NCBI GenBank assembly: GCA_964057225.1
Contig: OZ059895.1
Coordinates: 19,096,001-19,160,000, forward strand
Origin: Auanema rhodensis
Taxonomy: Eukaryota; Animalia; Nematoda
Reading direction: 5' to 3'
Length of the DNA stretch: 64,000 bases
The notes beneath the pieces are model-generated. The model was not told the DNA's origin. It made no database searches and saw only the letters and a list, made by a program, of their open reading frames with translations. A program made the translations under genes and the position numbers. How positions within the stretch are numbered: position 1 is the stretch's first letter; each line of letters begins with the position of its first letter. Of this stretch, positions 42,855-54,890 are shown in pieces.

Positions 42855-45800
42855 GCTTACTATAACATCTCGTTTGAAGCTTCATTTTCATCTTCTTTAT
42901 AATTTGAATATATTCGTATTTAATTGATGAATCTTTGCATCAAAATCATCTACTGATTATTGTCATCTATCATCATTTCTCTTTTGTCTCTGTTGAGAAA
43001 ATGCTGTTTGTTCAAGCTTCATCATACTGCGTTCCCTTCCAGCTACCTTTTAGCTTTTTCGTTCTCATTCTTGTTTTGTCTTCTCTACCCCTTTTCTTTC
43101 TGTCTATCTTACTCTCATTCCATTTTACTCTCATTTTCTCTCTTTCCCCCTCTGTTTCTCCCTATCGTCATTCTTCAAATATCAAAAGAAAAATTAGTTT
43201 AATCATCAAGGCAATTACTTTAGTCTCTTTTCATTCATGGTTAAAGTCTTGATTATTACAGCTATCCGAGAATCAGATGACACGTCGTGGATCAGACGGT
43301 ATGAACATATCGTCCACATTTGAAGCTGCTGTAGCAGAAAAACAACAGCAAGGTGTTGGTCGTCATGAACGGTAAAAAACTTATCATCAATTATAATTTT
43401 TCATTCATATTTTTTTGGAAACTTTATTTTTAAACGCAATTGAACTTTTTATTCACTTATATGCCTCATAATCACTAATATTTTCAGATATGCTGCTCAT
43501 ATTCCCGTTCATCGTAGTGATGTCAGTGGGCGTCAAAGTGCTACAAGTGTTGATAGCTCTCAAAGGTAACTCGTTTCTTCATATTCTTTCAAATTCAACT
43601 TATTTTTACAACAAGAAAAATTTTGGAAGATTTGCTCACATCACTAAGGTCTTATATTTGCAAAAAAAAAATTCCCGCATTCAGAGTATCATTTGAAACT
43701 TTCCTTTATCACATATATCATTAAACTTTCATATCGACTGACTTTCTCTCCAATGTCATCTGACATAAGAACATCACAAGCATTTTAGCCTCATGTTCGT
43801 GATCTTTTCCTATTTACTTAGAATAACTACGCATGATATTGAATTTCTTTCTGAAATTCACTACTTTTTTTTACAAGATTTCTTATTTTATTAATCATTA
43901 TTCTCAAAATTCTTTATCCGGGTGCATCCTATAATGGCTCAAATTTTCTTGCTTACCAGGTAAAGTATAACTCTTATTTCAATATGATAAACAACTTAAA
44001 AGTGTGTAAATAGTATAATATTATTAAGTTTCAAATATACTTTGATGAGAATTGAAAAAAATTAGAATTACTTACTCACATAAGAAATCAGCTATATGCC
44101 TCGAGATTCTCTCTGGAGTGTAAACTTTTAGACGAGAAGCAACTGTCTTTGAGTGTGTTGCGTCACTTCTCAACTGTTTCAAGCAGTACTAACATATTCT
44201 ATTATCTAATTGATTAGTATCATTAATTATATTATATAATCAAGCTATAATGATTATATTCGAACACCAAACGTAAGCTGTTCAATGAAAAAAGGCAATG
44301 TCATATTTGGTGATACTGTCACCTACGGCTCTCATCATTGCATTGTATTTTTCATTTTTGTTTTTTTCTTTTCGTCCAAATTCGCGACTACCCATGATAG
44401 AAGCAAAGTGGTGAATAGTTATTTATATATATATATATATATATATACATATATACATATAGTTAAAAATATAATTATAACTAGTACATATGCATTATTT
44501 TGGAATTTTCAAAATTAATTAAATATTTATGATTAAAATAGTTTATCTTCTTATTTTCTCCCATTTTTACAGCGGTGTTCTTGAAACAGCCACGAAGCAA
44601 TTGGACCAAGTCATCGATCAGGCTCGTCATCGACACCACCAGCATCGAAGCAAATTCAAGGAAGCCATTGACTATTTAGATCAAATTTTTGAAGATTTGA
44701 AAAAAGAATGCGAGGTTAGCATATTAAACAAATAGTTAAAACATATTTTTAATATGTTTTTCCTGATGTGTAAAAAACTTATCTTTACTTTAGCCTTCGG
44801 AGGAAGCTACTGTATCCGCAAAATCATCAAAAATCGCATCAGCGAAAAAGGATCAAAGTTCAATAACGTAAGCTTTATGATGAAATATTTTCTTTTTAAA
44901 TTAATCGGACTCTTCTTTTTTTATTTTTCTCGATCGCTCAACTTCCCACCAAATAGTTTATTTTTAAATTTATCCATTTTTCTATGACTTCCACTATTTT
45001 TTCGTGACAACTCAACTGATTTTGAACATTGGATCACACGTGATATGAGTTCCAATGTACTTGAAAATCGAAAATGAACATTTCAGAGAATTTTAAGTAC
45101 TAATTTGATTTTTAAATTTTCAATTTCGCTAAATTTCTGTGAAACCTATGGTTGTCACACGTGAACGTTTTGAGAAATATAGCAGATGTTTCGATACATT
45201 TCTGCTATATATCGTTCTTAGAAACCTATTGTATGTCCTGATTCTTTTCTTTATTTTTTTGCTTTTGGGACATTTTATTTCAATTTTTTTCAGAAAGCAT
45301 TCCCAAGCTGCAAACAAGCAATCTATATCGTCTCCGCAGTCATTAAAAACAAATAGTTTGCCAACTCGTGGAAGCAAGAATAAATTCGCAAAGGTTTGTA
45401 CAAGCAAATAATTGCTATATAGAATATATCAAATAGTTAATATGATAAACGTATTAATTAGATATAAATAATGAGATTTTTAAATTTTTTTTTAAATTTT
45501 TAAATTTTAGTCCGTTCGCAATGCTTGACTTTAAAACTGAATTTCATCTTTTTTCTTTTACAGCCACCATCTCCTCTGGACGTTGTAATCACAGCGGATA
45601 CCGCATCTTCAAATAGCCTCAAGACATCAAAACCTTCAAAAGATTCATCAGAGCCACCTGCTGAATACGCCGTTACAGAAACAATTGTGTTACCCAAAAA
45701 GACTGATAAACTGGATTTCACTCGAAGGTAAATATTTACCAAACGTTATAATTTAGCACCAAATTATAAATAAACAACAATCATTTTGCAGATGGCTACA

Positions 45801-47745
45801 AGACGACTTACTGTCTATTGCACATCAAGGGCCAGTTAACCTTATTCCAGACTCGGTACGTTTCAAACTTTATTATGCCTATCAGGGAAATTTCTTATAA
45901 ACACTATCGCATTAAATATTATATCATATAAAATTATAAATTAACCTTAAATTTTAATATTTTGCATGTGGTATTACTGCAACAATAACGTGGACACACT
46001 TCCTCACGTGAATACGTCATTTTTCATTTCAAATCTTTTGCTTGCGGCTGTGTTTTATATAAAATATTCATTTCATTTTTAATATTTCAAATGTTTATGA
46101 GATTCATTTTAGGGTATTTATGGTGATGAAGATGAGCATTCTCTCGGTAGCTGTTCAGCTGAAGTTGCTGCTATAAACATTGAAAAGATACGTAAGACAA
46201 GGTATGTACTATACATTTATTATTATTATTTTCTTTTCTTAATAATATCTGTTTAATTATGTATATTGCATTCAGTAAACAACCTCAAATAGTTTTACCA
46301 CCCGGTCAACCGGCTCCAATTAGACCACAACCGTTCAGACCTCAACCTGGTTATATCAGCACTCCTGGATCTAGTAACGGGTAAGACTTAGTATATACTA
46401 AAAACTAATATATTTATTCAATTTCTTACTTATATTAGAACTCGTCATTTTCCTTTGGATTATGATAATCAGTTGAATGGTTCCTCGTTACAACGGGTAG
46501 CATCTTTTGATCATATGGCAGCTGAAAAGAGGTTATACGATAGTCATCATTGGCGATCAGGTTCCCAGGTGATTATTCTTTGATTTTTAATGTTCTGTTC
46601 TTGAAAATGAAATACTTGTTTTTTTTATTCAGGAACCATACCACACTCTGCAATCTGTTCGTTCGGATGACAGTAGACCATCACCATCAGCATTCCATGC
46701 ACTAGGCAACCGTGGTAGTAGCTTAAGAGCATCGCTGCGATCACTACCGGATGCTTCTGTTGTTCGAACTAATTCTGTTGGACGCCGAACACAACAACAA
46801 CCACCGATGTCCATTGATCAACTTGTTGCAGATTTGGAACTTAATACCGATACGCATGTAATAATTATACATAACCGCTAACCAATCTTGCTAAAAACAG
46901 AGATTTACAATTTGTATTTAGACGTTAACACCAACTGATAAACGTAGATCCTTCCCAACTACGTTAGACACAGCTGATATCCAAACATCTTCCTCTCGGA
47001 ATCATTCTTCTCAGAGAGATCGATCATCAGGGTAAACAAATATCAGCTTTATTTTATAACCAAAAATAATTGTGCTTTGTTCAGTAGCAAAATAGCTATA
47101 TTAAACAAAATAAAAAAAGAACAATTATTATTCAAACGTTTTAGATCTGGGGTACGAACATCCTATCATGCACCATCAAATCAACAGAAAACCAGCTCTT
47201 CATCTCGAGTATGTTTCAACACATACATACGCAGACATATTTCTATAATTGTAAAACTGATTTTTTATTGAAATTTCTTTATAGTATCATAATTCAAATC
47301 AAAAAGGATTGGATGAAGTAACATCATTGCTCAATACTGTTGTTGGTGATATGAATAATAGTAACGTCCAGTTACGACGAAAGCAACAGCAACAGTCTCA
47401 GCAACAACAACCAGTTAACGGAAGTAAGCTTTAACAGTACTTAATTTTGGCTTTATTTACTGTCAAATCTTTCAGATCAAATGAATCCTTTTGAAACAAT
47501 TAATCAGGAAAAAATCAATCCAAGCCGTGTTGAGGCTATGCACAATATGTTCGAGCGTGGAGGAAGCAAAAAACCTAATTCAAACAGCAACAACAGCAAT
47601 AACAATAACAATAATCGCTCAGGTTCGTTTGACTAATTTGTTGTTGTTTGATTAGTTTATAATTAATCATCTCATACTTAGAGTTCAGAATAATTTATGA
47701 CTTAATTTTAAAAAAACGAAACAGAACTAGTATCGTGTCTACAGC

Positions 47746-47781
<36 letters not shown>

Positions 47782-49671
47782 ATGAGATTGAATAACGTGT
47801 AGAATTAACTAATGGCTTAGTGATATTCTTTTTTATTTCAAAAATCAAAAATTGGGCAATCTTTAATTCCAGAACAGCTTTACTGCTGATCGTTGTTGTT
47901 GTTCTTATCAGCTATGAATCAGAAGGTTATATTCGTAATGAGAGCCAGAATCTTCAAATTATAATAACTATTTATACATATGTAAGCTATATGTATATCG
48001 TATATGCTAAGCGTTAACTTTATTCACTTAATTTTTGAAGATTTTAATCTTTTTGAACTTTCATTTTATATTTTTGTTAATCATCTTGTTTTATTTTTTT
48101 CAGTTTCAACAATCATTGCATATATTTCACTACCTTTATTAGTTATTATCAATATTTTAACCATAGTTTACAATTAATTCCTGAAATATATTTTTGACAT
48201 AGTTAGCATAGCTAATATACGGAGAAGTCTACAACGTAACATGCCCATATCACATTATGCACTGCTTTTCTGCGCACATTGTTGTTCCTACACGAAAGAA
48301 ATATTTTTGTTCCGATTTTAAATTGTCCGAAGAATATATGTTCTGTTTCAAAGTCATATTCCAGCTTTTTTTTTGTTTTCGCTTACTAAATTTAAGTTGT
48401 TATATGCTTTAGAGTAGCTTAAGTTATAATATCTCACAAGCATTAGTTGTTGTTATCTATGTTAATTTTCAATCTTAGTCCTTCGTAAAACATATTATTT
48501 TATAGGTAATTTAAATAACTCTGGATGGCGTGCGGCTGGTCCACAGCCATTCCGCCGTATTCAGTCGTCGTCGTCGCAACATCAGTCACAGTTGCAGCCA
48601 CAATTGAAACCTCACTCGCAACACTTCGATGAAGACAGCTATTATGATATTGCAGAATTTGCTGTTAAACCATACAGGGTAATATTAACTATATTTTCAT
48701 AATTTATATTTGCAATATTATAATCCAGAAAGTCTCACCTCCACGTCAAGTCATGCAGACGACGTCAGTTCGAAAATCTTCACCATCTAGAGATTCTACG
48801 CCGGCTTATCCATCTAGCCAACCACCATTATTTCCACCAACATCCAACACCACGCGAAATGGTACATACTATCTATACTATGCATATCTCAAAGAGTATG
48901 TACATTTTTCCTTCAGGTTCAGCTACATCATCTACCAACGGTGGATATTATTCATCTAGCAGCTCAATGGCCGGCGGCACAAATGGAAATCAAGTAAACA
49001 GGCGAAGCTCACTAGTTGGACATCAATCCATCTCATCACGTGCACCATCAGTTGATGATGAAGATGATGGATTCTATGATAATATTGGCGTAGTAAGACT
49101 TTCAAATTCACTAATGATAACCGACTATCTAAACTACTTTTCTTGCATAGTTTCAAATTTTTCAATTATAGTATGATGATCGAAGATATTCACATGGCTC
49201 TGATATGGATGTCAACTTTACTTCGTCTAGACCACCCGGTAATGGAAATGCTAAGAGTACACGCATTGGAAGCTTCCTACGTAAGATAGGAGGTCGAACC
49301 AATCGACCACCCGGAAGTGCAGCAAGTCTGATTTCTCTTAACAAGGTTATTTATTTAAGAAAGCACTTTTGCCTTTTTTCAATTTCAATCATACTAACCA
49401 TGCTTCAGGTTGCTAATGAAACTCCAATTCAACAAGGAATTTTACAAAAAAGCAACAGCATGAGTTCTGAACCTTGGAAAAATCATATTCTGCAACCGAG
49501 TAAGTTTAATTACAAAAATACTGGTATCAGCCATGCTTTATTCTGAATCAGAAGTTTTATAACTCTCTATTCTTTCTAGCAAGTGCAAAAGCAGAGCGTG
49601 GAAGCAGCAATGGATTAGGTACTCGTCTGAAAAATACTCTTTTTGGCTCAAAGAAACGTCTCAACGGATAA
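32075..49671 (+). CDS. Very large many-exon Ser/Arg/Gln-rich, largely low-complexity protein; no globular domain recognised
   Basis: Exons from MSTTGHYHRR to GLGTRLKNTLFGSKKRLNG*. Checked junctions are in phase (34795/35274, 38389/39024, 39783/41448, 42381/43262). Conserved-looking blocks: RPWRQRMAESQRIRA, GVLETATKQLDQVIDQARHRHHQHRSKFKEAIDYLDQIFEDLKKEC, NPFETINQEKINPSRVEAMHNMFE, DDGFYDNI. May have internal promoters or be split into two genes. Confidence 0.7.
38498..38568 (+). pseudogene. Degenerate tRNA-like sequence (tRNA pseudogene or SINE head) inside an intron
   Basis: A-box-like TGGCGCTGTGG (38505-38515), D-stem GCGC/GCGT, and perfect B box GGTTCGATTCC (38547-38557) at tRNA spacing. 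The acceptor and anticodon stems pair poorly. Confidence 0.6.
42793..42850. repeat. (TC)n microsatellite
   Basis: Perfect TC run in an intron. Confidence 0.95.
47749..47778. repeat. (AT)n microsatellite
   Basis: AT run in an intron. Confidence 0.9.
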
Positions 49672-50448
49672 AATGTTCTCTTTTTTGAGACTCAAAGAAA
49701 AGAAAATGAACAATCTGTTCCGGTTCCTGTTCTTGTTTTTTTTACTGTTTTCTATTACATGTTCATTACATCCAGTCTCAACTGTTATAATTATATATCA
49801 TTTTTATTTGCCAAGAAAACTGTTATGTTAGACAAACTACTCACGTGTCTTCCACAAAGTCTTGCTTTCCTTTTTGTTCTAATAAATAAATGATTCAATC
49901 ACATTTAAATGATAGTGTCTTGTTCTCATTTTAACTTTCTTCTTCCCAACTCATTTTCCTATCTTTTAAGTCTTGTCCGTTTTTCTAGCTTGTTTTCATT
50001 TTCCAAATATGTATATGTATACTTATTTTATTTTATTTTGTTATTTACTATATATTATAAAAATTATTTTATTTTGTTTAGATTTCTGTATTCTATCAAC
50101 AATGATAATCAGAAAAGTTAAAGTACGTATGTGTTTAATGATACATTATGCATGAATATTACTTATACAAGGTACTGCAACCAATAGACAAGAGAAGAAG
50201 TATGAAATAAATCTGAGATTAGCAGATTTACATTAAGATGTAAGCTAAGAGTACAATAGACGTGAAAAATTACAATCGAGCACTGAACCGAGTAGAACGG
50301 CCAAAACATAACAAAATATGAAATATGTCAGACATAATACACCGTTTTGGAATGTTTTGAGATCACTTTTTAACATAAATTTTTGTATAAATCAATCAAA
50401 AAATGAACTAACACAAAAACATTTAAGAAAAAAGTCGTCATTGTTAAA

Positions 50449-52236
50449 TCAAATCAATAAAAACAAAAAAACATTGACGAAAACACTAATTACAAGTCTA
50501 TAAGATTGTTGTGATGATACGTTATTTGTAAAACAATTATTAAACTCTGATATCGAATTATTATTTTTGATTGGTTCCTGTAAAAGACGACGACGTCCCG
50601 TGATATAGTGATAATGAAGAGGAAAAACTCTTTGGAAGTCATGTTGTGCATGAACAGTATTAGATAAAACGTTTTCATTACCTAGAAAAAACATAACATT
50701 CGTCTTTTAAAGAATCAAAAATCAATTTTCTTGTTAGTGTTTATCGAATTGGATTTGAAAGCTTTTACCTGTCAGAAGTAGATCATACGTGCATGTGTCT
50801 AAGAATGAATCCGTCACATTGTTGATTAGACATTTTTCTAAAAACGTTGTAATTCAATAGATGCATATATTTGAATAAATTCACAAACCTAAAGCTAAGG
50901 ATAAAGGAATTTTGATTGGAACTGAATAACATTGACTAAATGTTTCTGGCATTGATATGGTCGAAGTAAGCGGAACAACATAGTCGGGGCGACATCCAGA
51001 TGTGCATAGTTGCTGAGTTGATGAGACAGAAGCGCCTGACTGTAATGTTGCTTATAACGTTTGTTAAAGATTTTGTTTTAAAGCATTACATGTAACACAA
51101 ACTGTATCGAACGAATTGAAACACTGAGGTAGTTGCCTTGCTTTCTTATATGTATAGAAGAATCAATATATCTCAAATTCAATTCTATATAACTGGATGA
51201 TTGACGTAATACCTGAATTTTTTTTTTGAAGAAAGAACATGCATGAGAAAAAATTGTTCTAATTCAAACTTTCGAAGGTTCAAAGGTAAAAACTTGCTTA
51301 TACAAACCTCAATTGCTCTCCGATTACCATCCACATTAATAGCAGTTGTGCCATCAACAAACGAAATTGGAAGATTATTATCACTATATGAAGCAGAATA
51401 AGTTAATTGTTTTGTTAATGTACAATTATGTGGCCGGAGAATCACAGTTACCTAAATTTAGAGAAAATAAAGAAATATACTTGCGAGGTTTGTAAGATAT
51501 ACATGACTTATGAAGGATTTATAAGGATGTTTATTCATCCAGGTGTTTGTAATTTGAACTAAGAAATATCTGAATGATGACAATTATTTAATCTGAAACA
51601 GAAAATTCGTACCTATTATCAATTACAGCTTGAGATCCTGGATCTGAGCACGAATTCCATAATCCATCAAATCTACGAACATGTAGTTGTCCATAGACAG
51701 CACAGTATCGAATGTTTCGCTGAGCGGGAGCCGGTAAGAAATGACATCTAATAATAAAAAACAAAATATAAAAATTGAAGCAGTTCACAACAAAGGTAAT
51801 ACCTGTTATGATCATATTTTGATATTGAACGTATCTGGAAATTAGCACATTTCAGGTCTTTCCATTGCTTTTTCATTAAATATTCAAGTGAATGAAACTG
51901 TAGATGGCCACGACAGAATGGCAAACTGTCATTCAAGCATTTAATATATGTTTGTAGTACCTGCAAAGAAAATTCATAGTCAATAAGTACTCTGATAAAA
52001 TGAGTAATTTTGAGACTTACTTGGCAATAGCGTTCTGATGATGCTTCCACCAAATACTCATACTCCTTTGTTTTTGAATACGTTTTTGAACAATCTTCTA
52101 CTTTACAACTTTTGAATGCTTCAATAAATATAATAAATTCAACAAATTAACTAATTAATATATTCATACCATTGATGGAATGACAGCAAACAATGTAAAT
52201 CAAAATGAAATGAATTGGCCAGCCATTTGCCAACAT
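50449..52236 (-). CDS. drag-1: Repulsive guidance molecule (RGM) family BMP co-receptor, GPI-anchored type
   Basis: Signal peptide MLANGWPIHFILIYIVCCHSINA; RGM N-domain CKVEDCSKTYSKTKEYEYLVEASSERYCQVLQTYIKCLNDSLPFCRGHLQFHS; vWD-like region IDNRYFLVQITN, VTVILRPHNCT, LPISFVDGTT, IRKQGNYLSVSIR, QLCTSGC, DTCTYDLLLTG; hydrophobic C-terminal tail. Confidence 0.9.
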
Positions 52237-54762
52237 TTAGGGCAGCATATTCAACTAATGCATTCAACTTGCCTACAGGGCTGAAACAATAATATATTAG
52301 ATTCAAAAACTTATATGTTAAATTTCAAAAAGTTCGAACATATAGTCTTCAAAATAAAATAGGTATAGATTGTTTTTTATTATATTTAAACGAAAAAAAT
52401 AATCTGATAAGACGAAAACACACTTTAATTTGATAAAGAAATGGAGATTATTTCTTGAAAATCAAACATTATTCAGATATATCTTAATTTTTAAAACACA
52501 AATTTTTAAAAAAATCTTAGTCTTATACTGCATCTTAAACTGCAAATGAAAATGAAACAATTTTCTTTTTTAATGGGACTCATTGTCAAATCTTTAGAAT
52601 AAAGAAAACATTCTTATCTTTCGATAATGAAAAGCTATTGATAGGAGCATTAAAAGAATTCATAAATTTGACGGTCAGTTTTTCCTTCTCCCTTCCCCTC
52701 ACTACCTTCTATACTCTTCTTACTACCTCCTCCATACATATATACAAATATTGTAGATATACATATACAACAAACCAAATGAGATAAAAAAATTATAAAA
52801 CTGTTTTTGGAAAATTGCTAAAGGTCGATAACACATTGTTCTTAAGAAGGAATAATTTGAAAAAATATAATATTTTTTACGGGCGTTTATATTTTAGAAC
52901 AACATCCGGAAAGTCATTGGGAGACTATCCCATTTACATGAAGAATATGTCTAAACAGAGAAACAAAATAAAGAAATTAGTTAGGCTGATGAATTGAAAG
53001 AACAGAATATGTCCACCTGTTTTTCTTTTGTTAAAAACTGAAGAAGACATTACTACATGTGGTCATTTACTTTTTTTGGTGAAAACCGACAGCTATTCAT
53101 TTTCTTTTGATGTAGCCGTTACAAGTATCTCATAGTCGTCAGACAGCTGACAGAATTACAAGGGAAAATGATTTTAAATGAGGACATAGATTATAAAATG
53201 AATATTTTTCCTTTCATGGTGAACAATGAATCATAATCAGAAGACACAGTCAAAAAGAAAGAGGCACAGCTTAGGGCAAGGCCTGAAGAACGGAGATATA
53301 AAAAAAGACGAGTGTATCAGACAGATACGTAAAAAATGAAAAGAAGATTGATGGTAAGACATATATATATATACATATATATAGCTAAGTGTATATACTT
53401 GACTGTTTTACAATTAAGAAAAAAGCCTTAAAAACGTTTGTGGTGTCTCGCTTAAGTTACATATGGTTATATATTCAATATATATATATATATATGTGCT
53501 TGTAGAGTGGAAATTATTTCAAACATGTAATTTTGGATAGAAAATGAGCTAATATGATAGACAACTGATGCGCCGATCGTTGACTGAATCTGAATGACAA
53601 ACGTCTTAGTTAGCAACATGATTGATTATCTTAAATCATATTGTCGACAGAAAAATTACCCGGCACGCCTTTAACGTCTTCTAAAATCGATTAATTGATT
53701 GATTGATTAAAGATATCATATAAATATATAATTTAATAAAGACAAAATTTAGAAAACATGAAAAATAATATTATAATTATCATAAAATTGAATAATATAT
53801 CTTGTAGAAGCTATAGTCAGTGATATTATTGAGTTAAAATTGAAAAGCATTCTCTGTTCGGCATTGAGTGAAAGGCAAACGATATTATCGATTGAAATGA
53901 TAAGAAGGAGATGGAAAAGAAGAGTCCGGAGATGAACAAACAGCTACAGATTGTCAGGCCTCTCGTCTTACCAATATCATCAATGTGCTTTTCTCATGCT
54001 CATCATCTTCGCTTCGGTGTGGAACCGTGAGCACGAAGATAAACTTTCAAAGCAACATGACTGCGAATCTTTGTTTCAAGTCAATTCACACATGTAATAA
54101 TCTCTAAATTAAAAAAAAGTTATCTACCAGATCACAAAGTATATAACAGTTTTTGATTAATCTCTGGCTTCTATAAATGTACTCCGATTATGCTTGTGAA
54201 GTTCACATAGAAGATGTTTACTTTTTGAAGAAAAAAAAGGCAAAACTTAAAAACACAACCGCTTCTTATTCCCTTCACATAATTAAATGAACAATACTAA
54301 TACCTCAATACTTCACTCATTATTATTCTTATTTTTATAAGAATATTACCCTAGTGTATGTTATATTCCTACCCTATGGCATACAAAATTGAATGGTATA
54401 GATTGGCACATTATTATGCAATCCCCGATGGTAATATTAAATAGGACTATTCAAAACTTTTAGAGGCTTTGCTGGCTTATTATTGTTTTCCATGAAAACA
54501 TTTGATGGGAAAAAAAGACGCTAACTTACGAGCTTGTCTTTATAGTTCGCCAAGCATTGCATCTTTGTTAATATGCGCCCTACTTTAAATGAAATTGGTT
54601 ATATTATATTATTCCTATGTGAGTATTCTTTAATATCACTTATATTAATTATATTTTCTTCCTTCATTCATTTAATTGCCCTATATGCATATCTGAGCCA
54701 AAATGGTTGGGGAATGACCTATATCTTATCGGCGCATCAGGCATTTTCTTGTACTGCAAGTA

Positions 54763-54774
54763 TTGGCGCGAAAA
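54763..54774 (-). promoter_or_regulatory. E2F/DP binding site upstream of cdt-1
   Basis: TTGGCGCGAAAA (reverse: TTTTCGCGCCAA) matches the canonical TTTSSCGC E2F site, ~120 bp before the cdt-1 ATG in otherwise AT-rich DNA. Confidence 0.65.
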
Positions 54775-54890
54775 TGTAGCGTTCAAAAACCAAGATGCTG
54801 TCCCTACCAAAACTGCTAAATTTATGCGTATTTTTATGTTTATTTGTTGATATGTTTTGTAATTACGTTTATTATTTCAGTGTTTTCACA

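Noticed and set aside
42669-43252. Hydrophobic ORFs with SLSLSL runs
   Set aside because: Intronic microsatellite and pyrimidine-tract artefacts.
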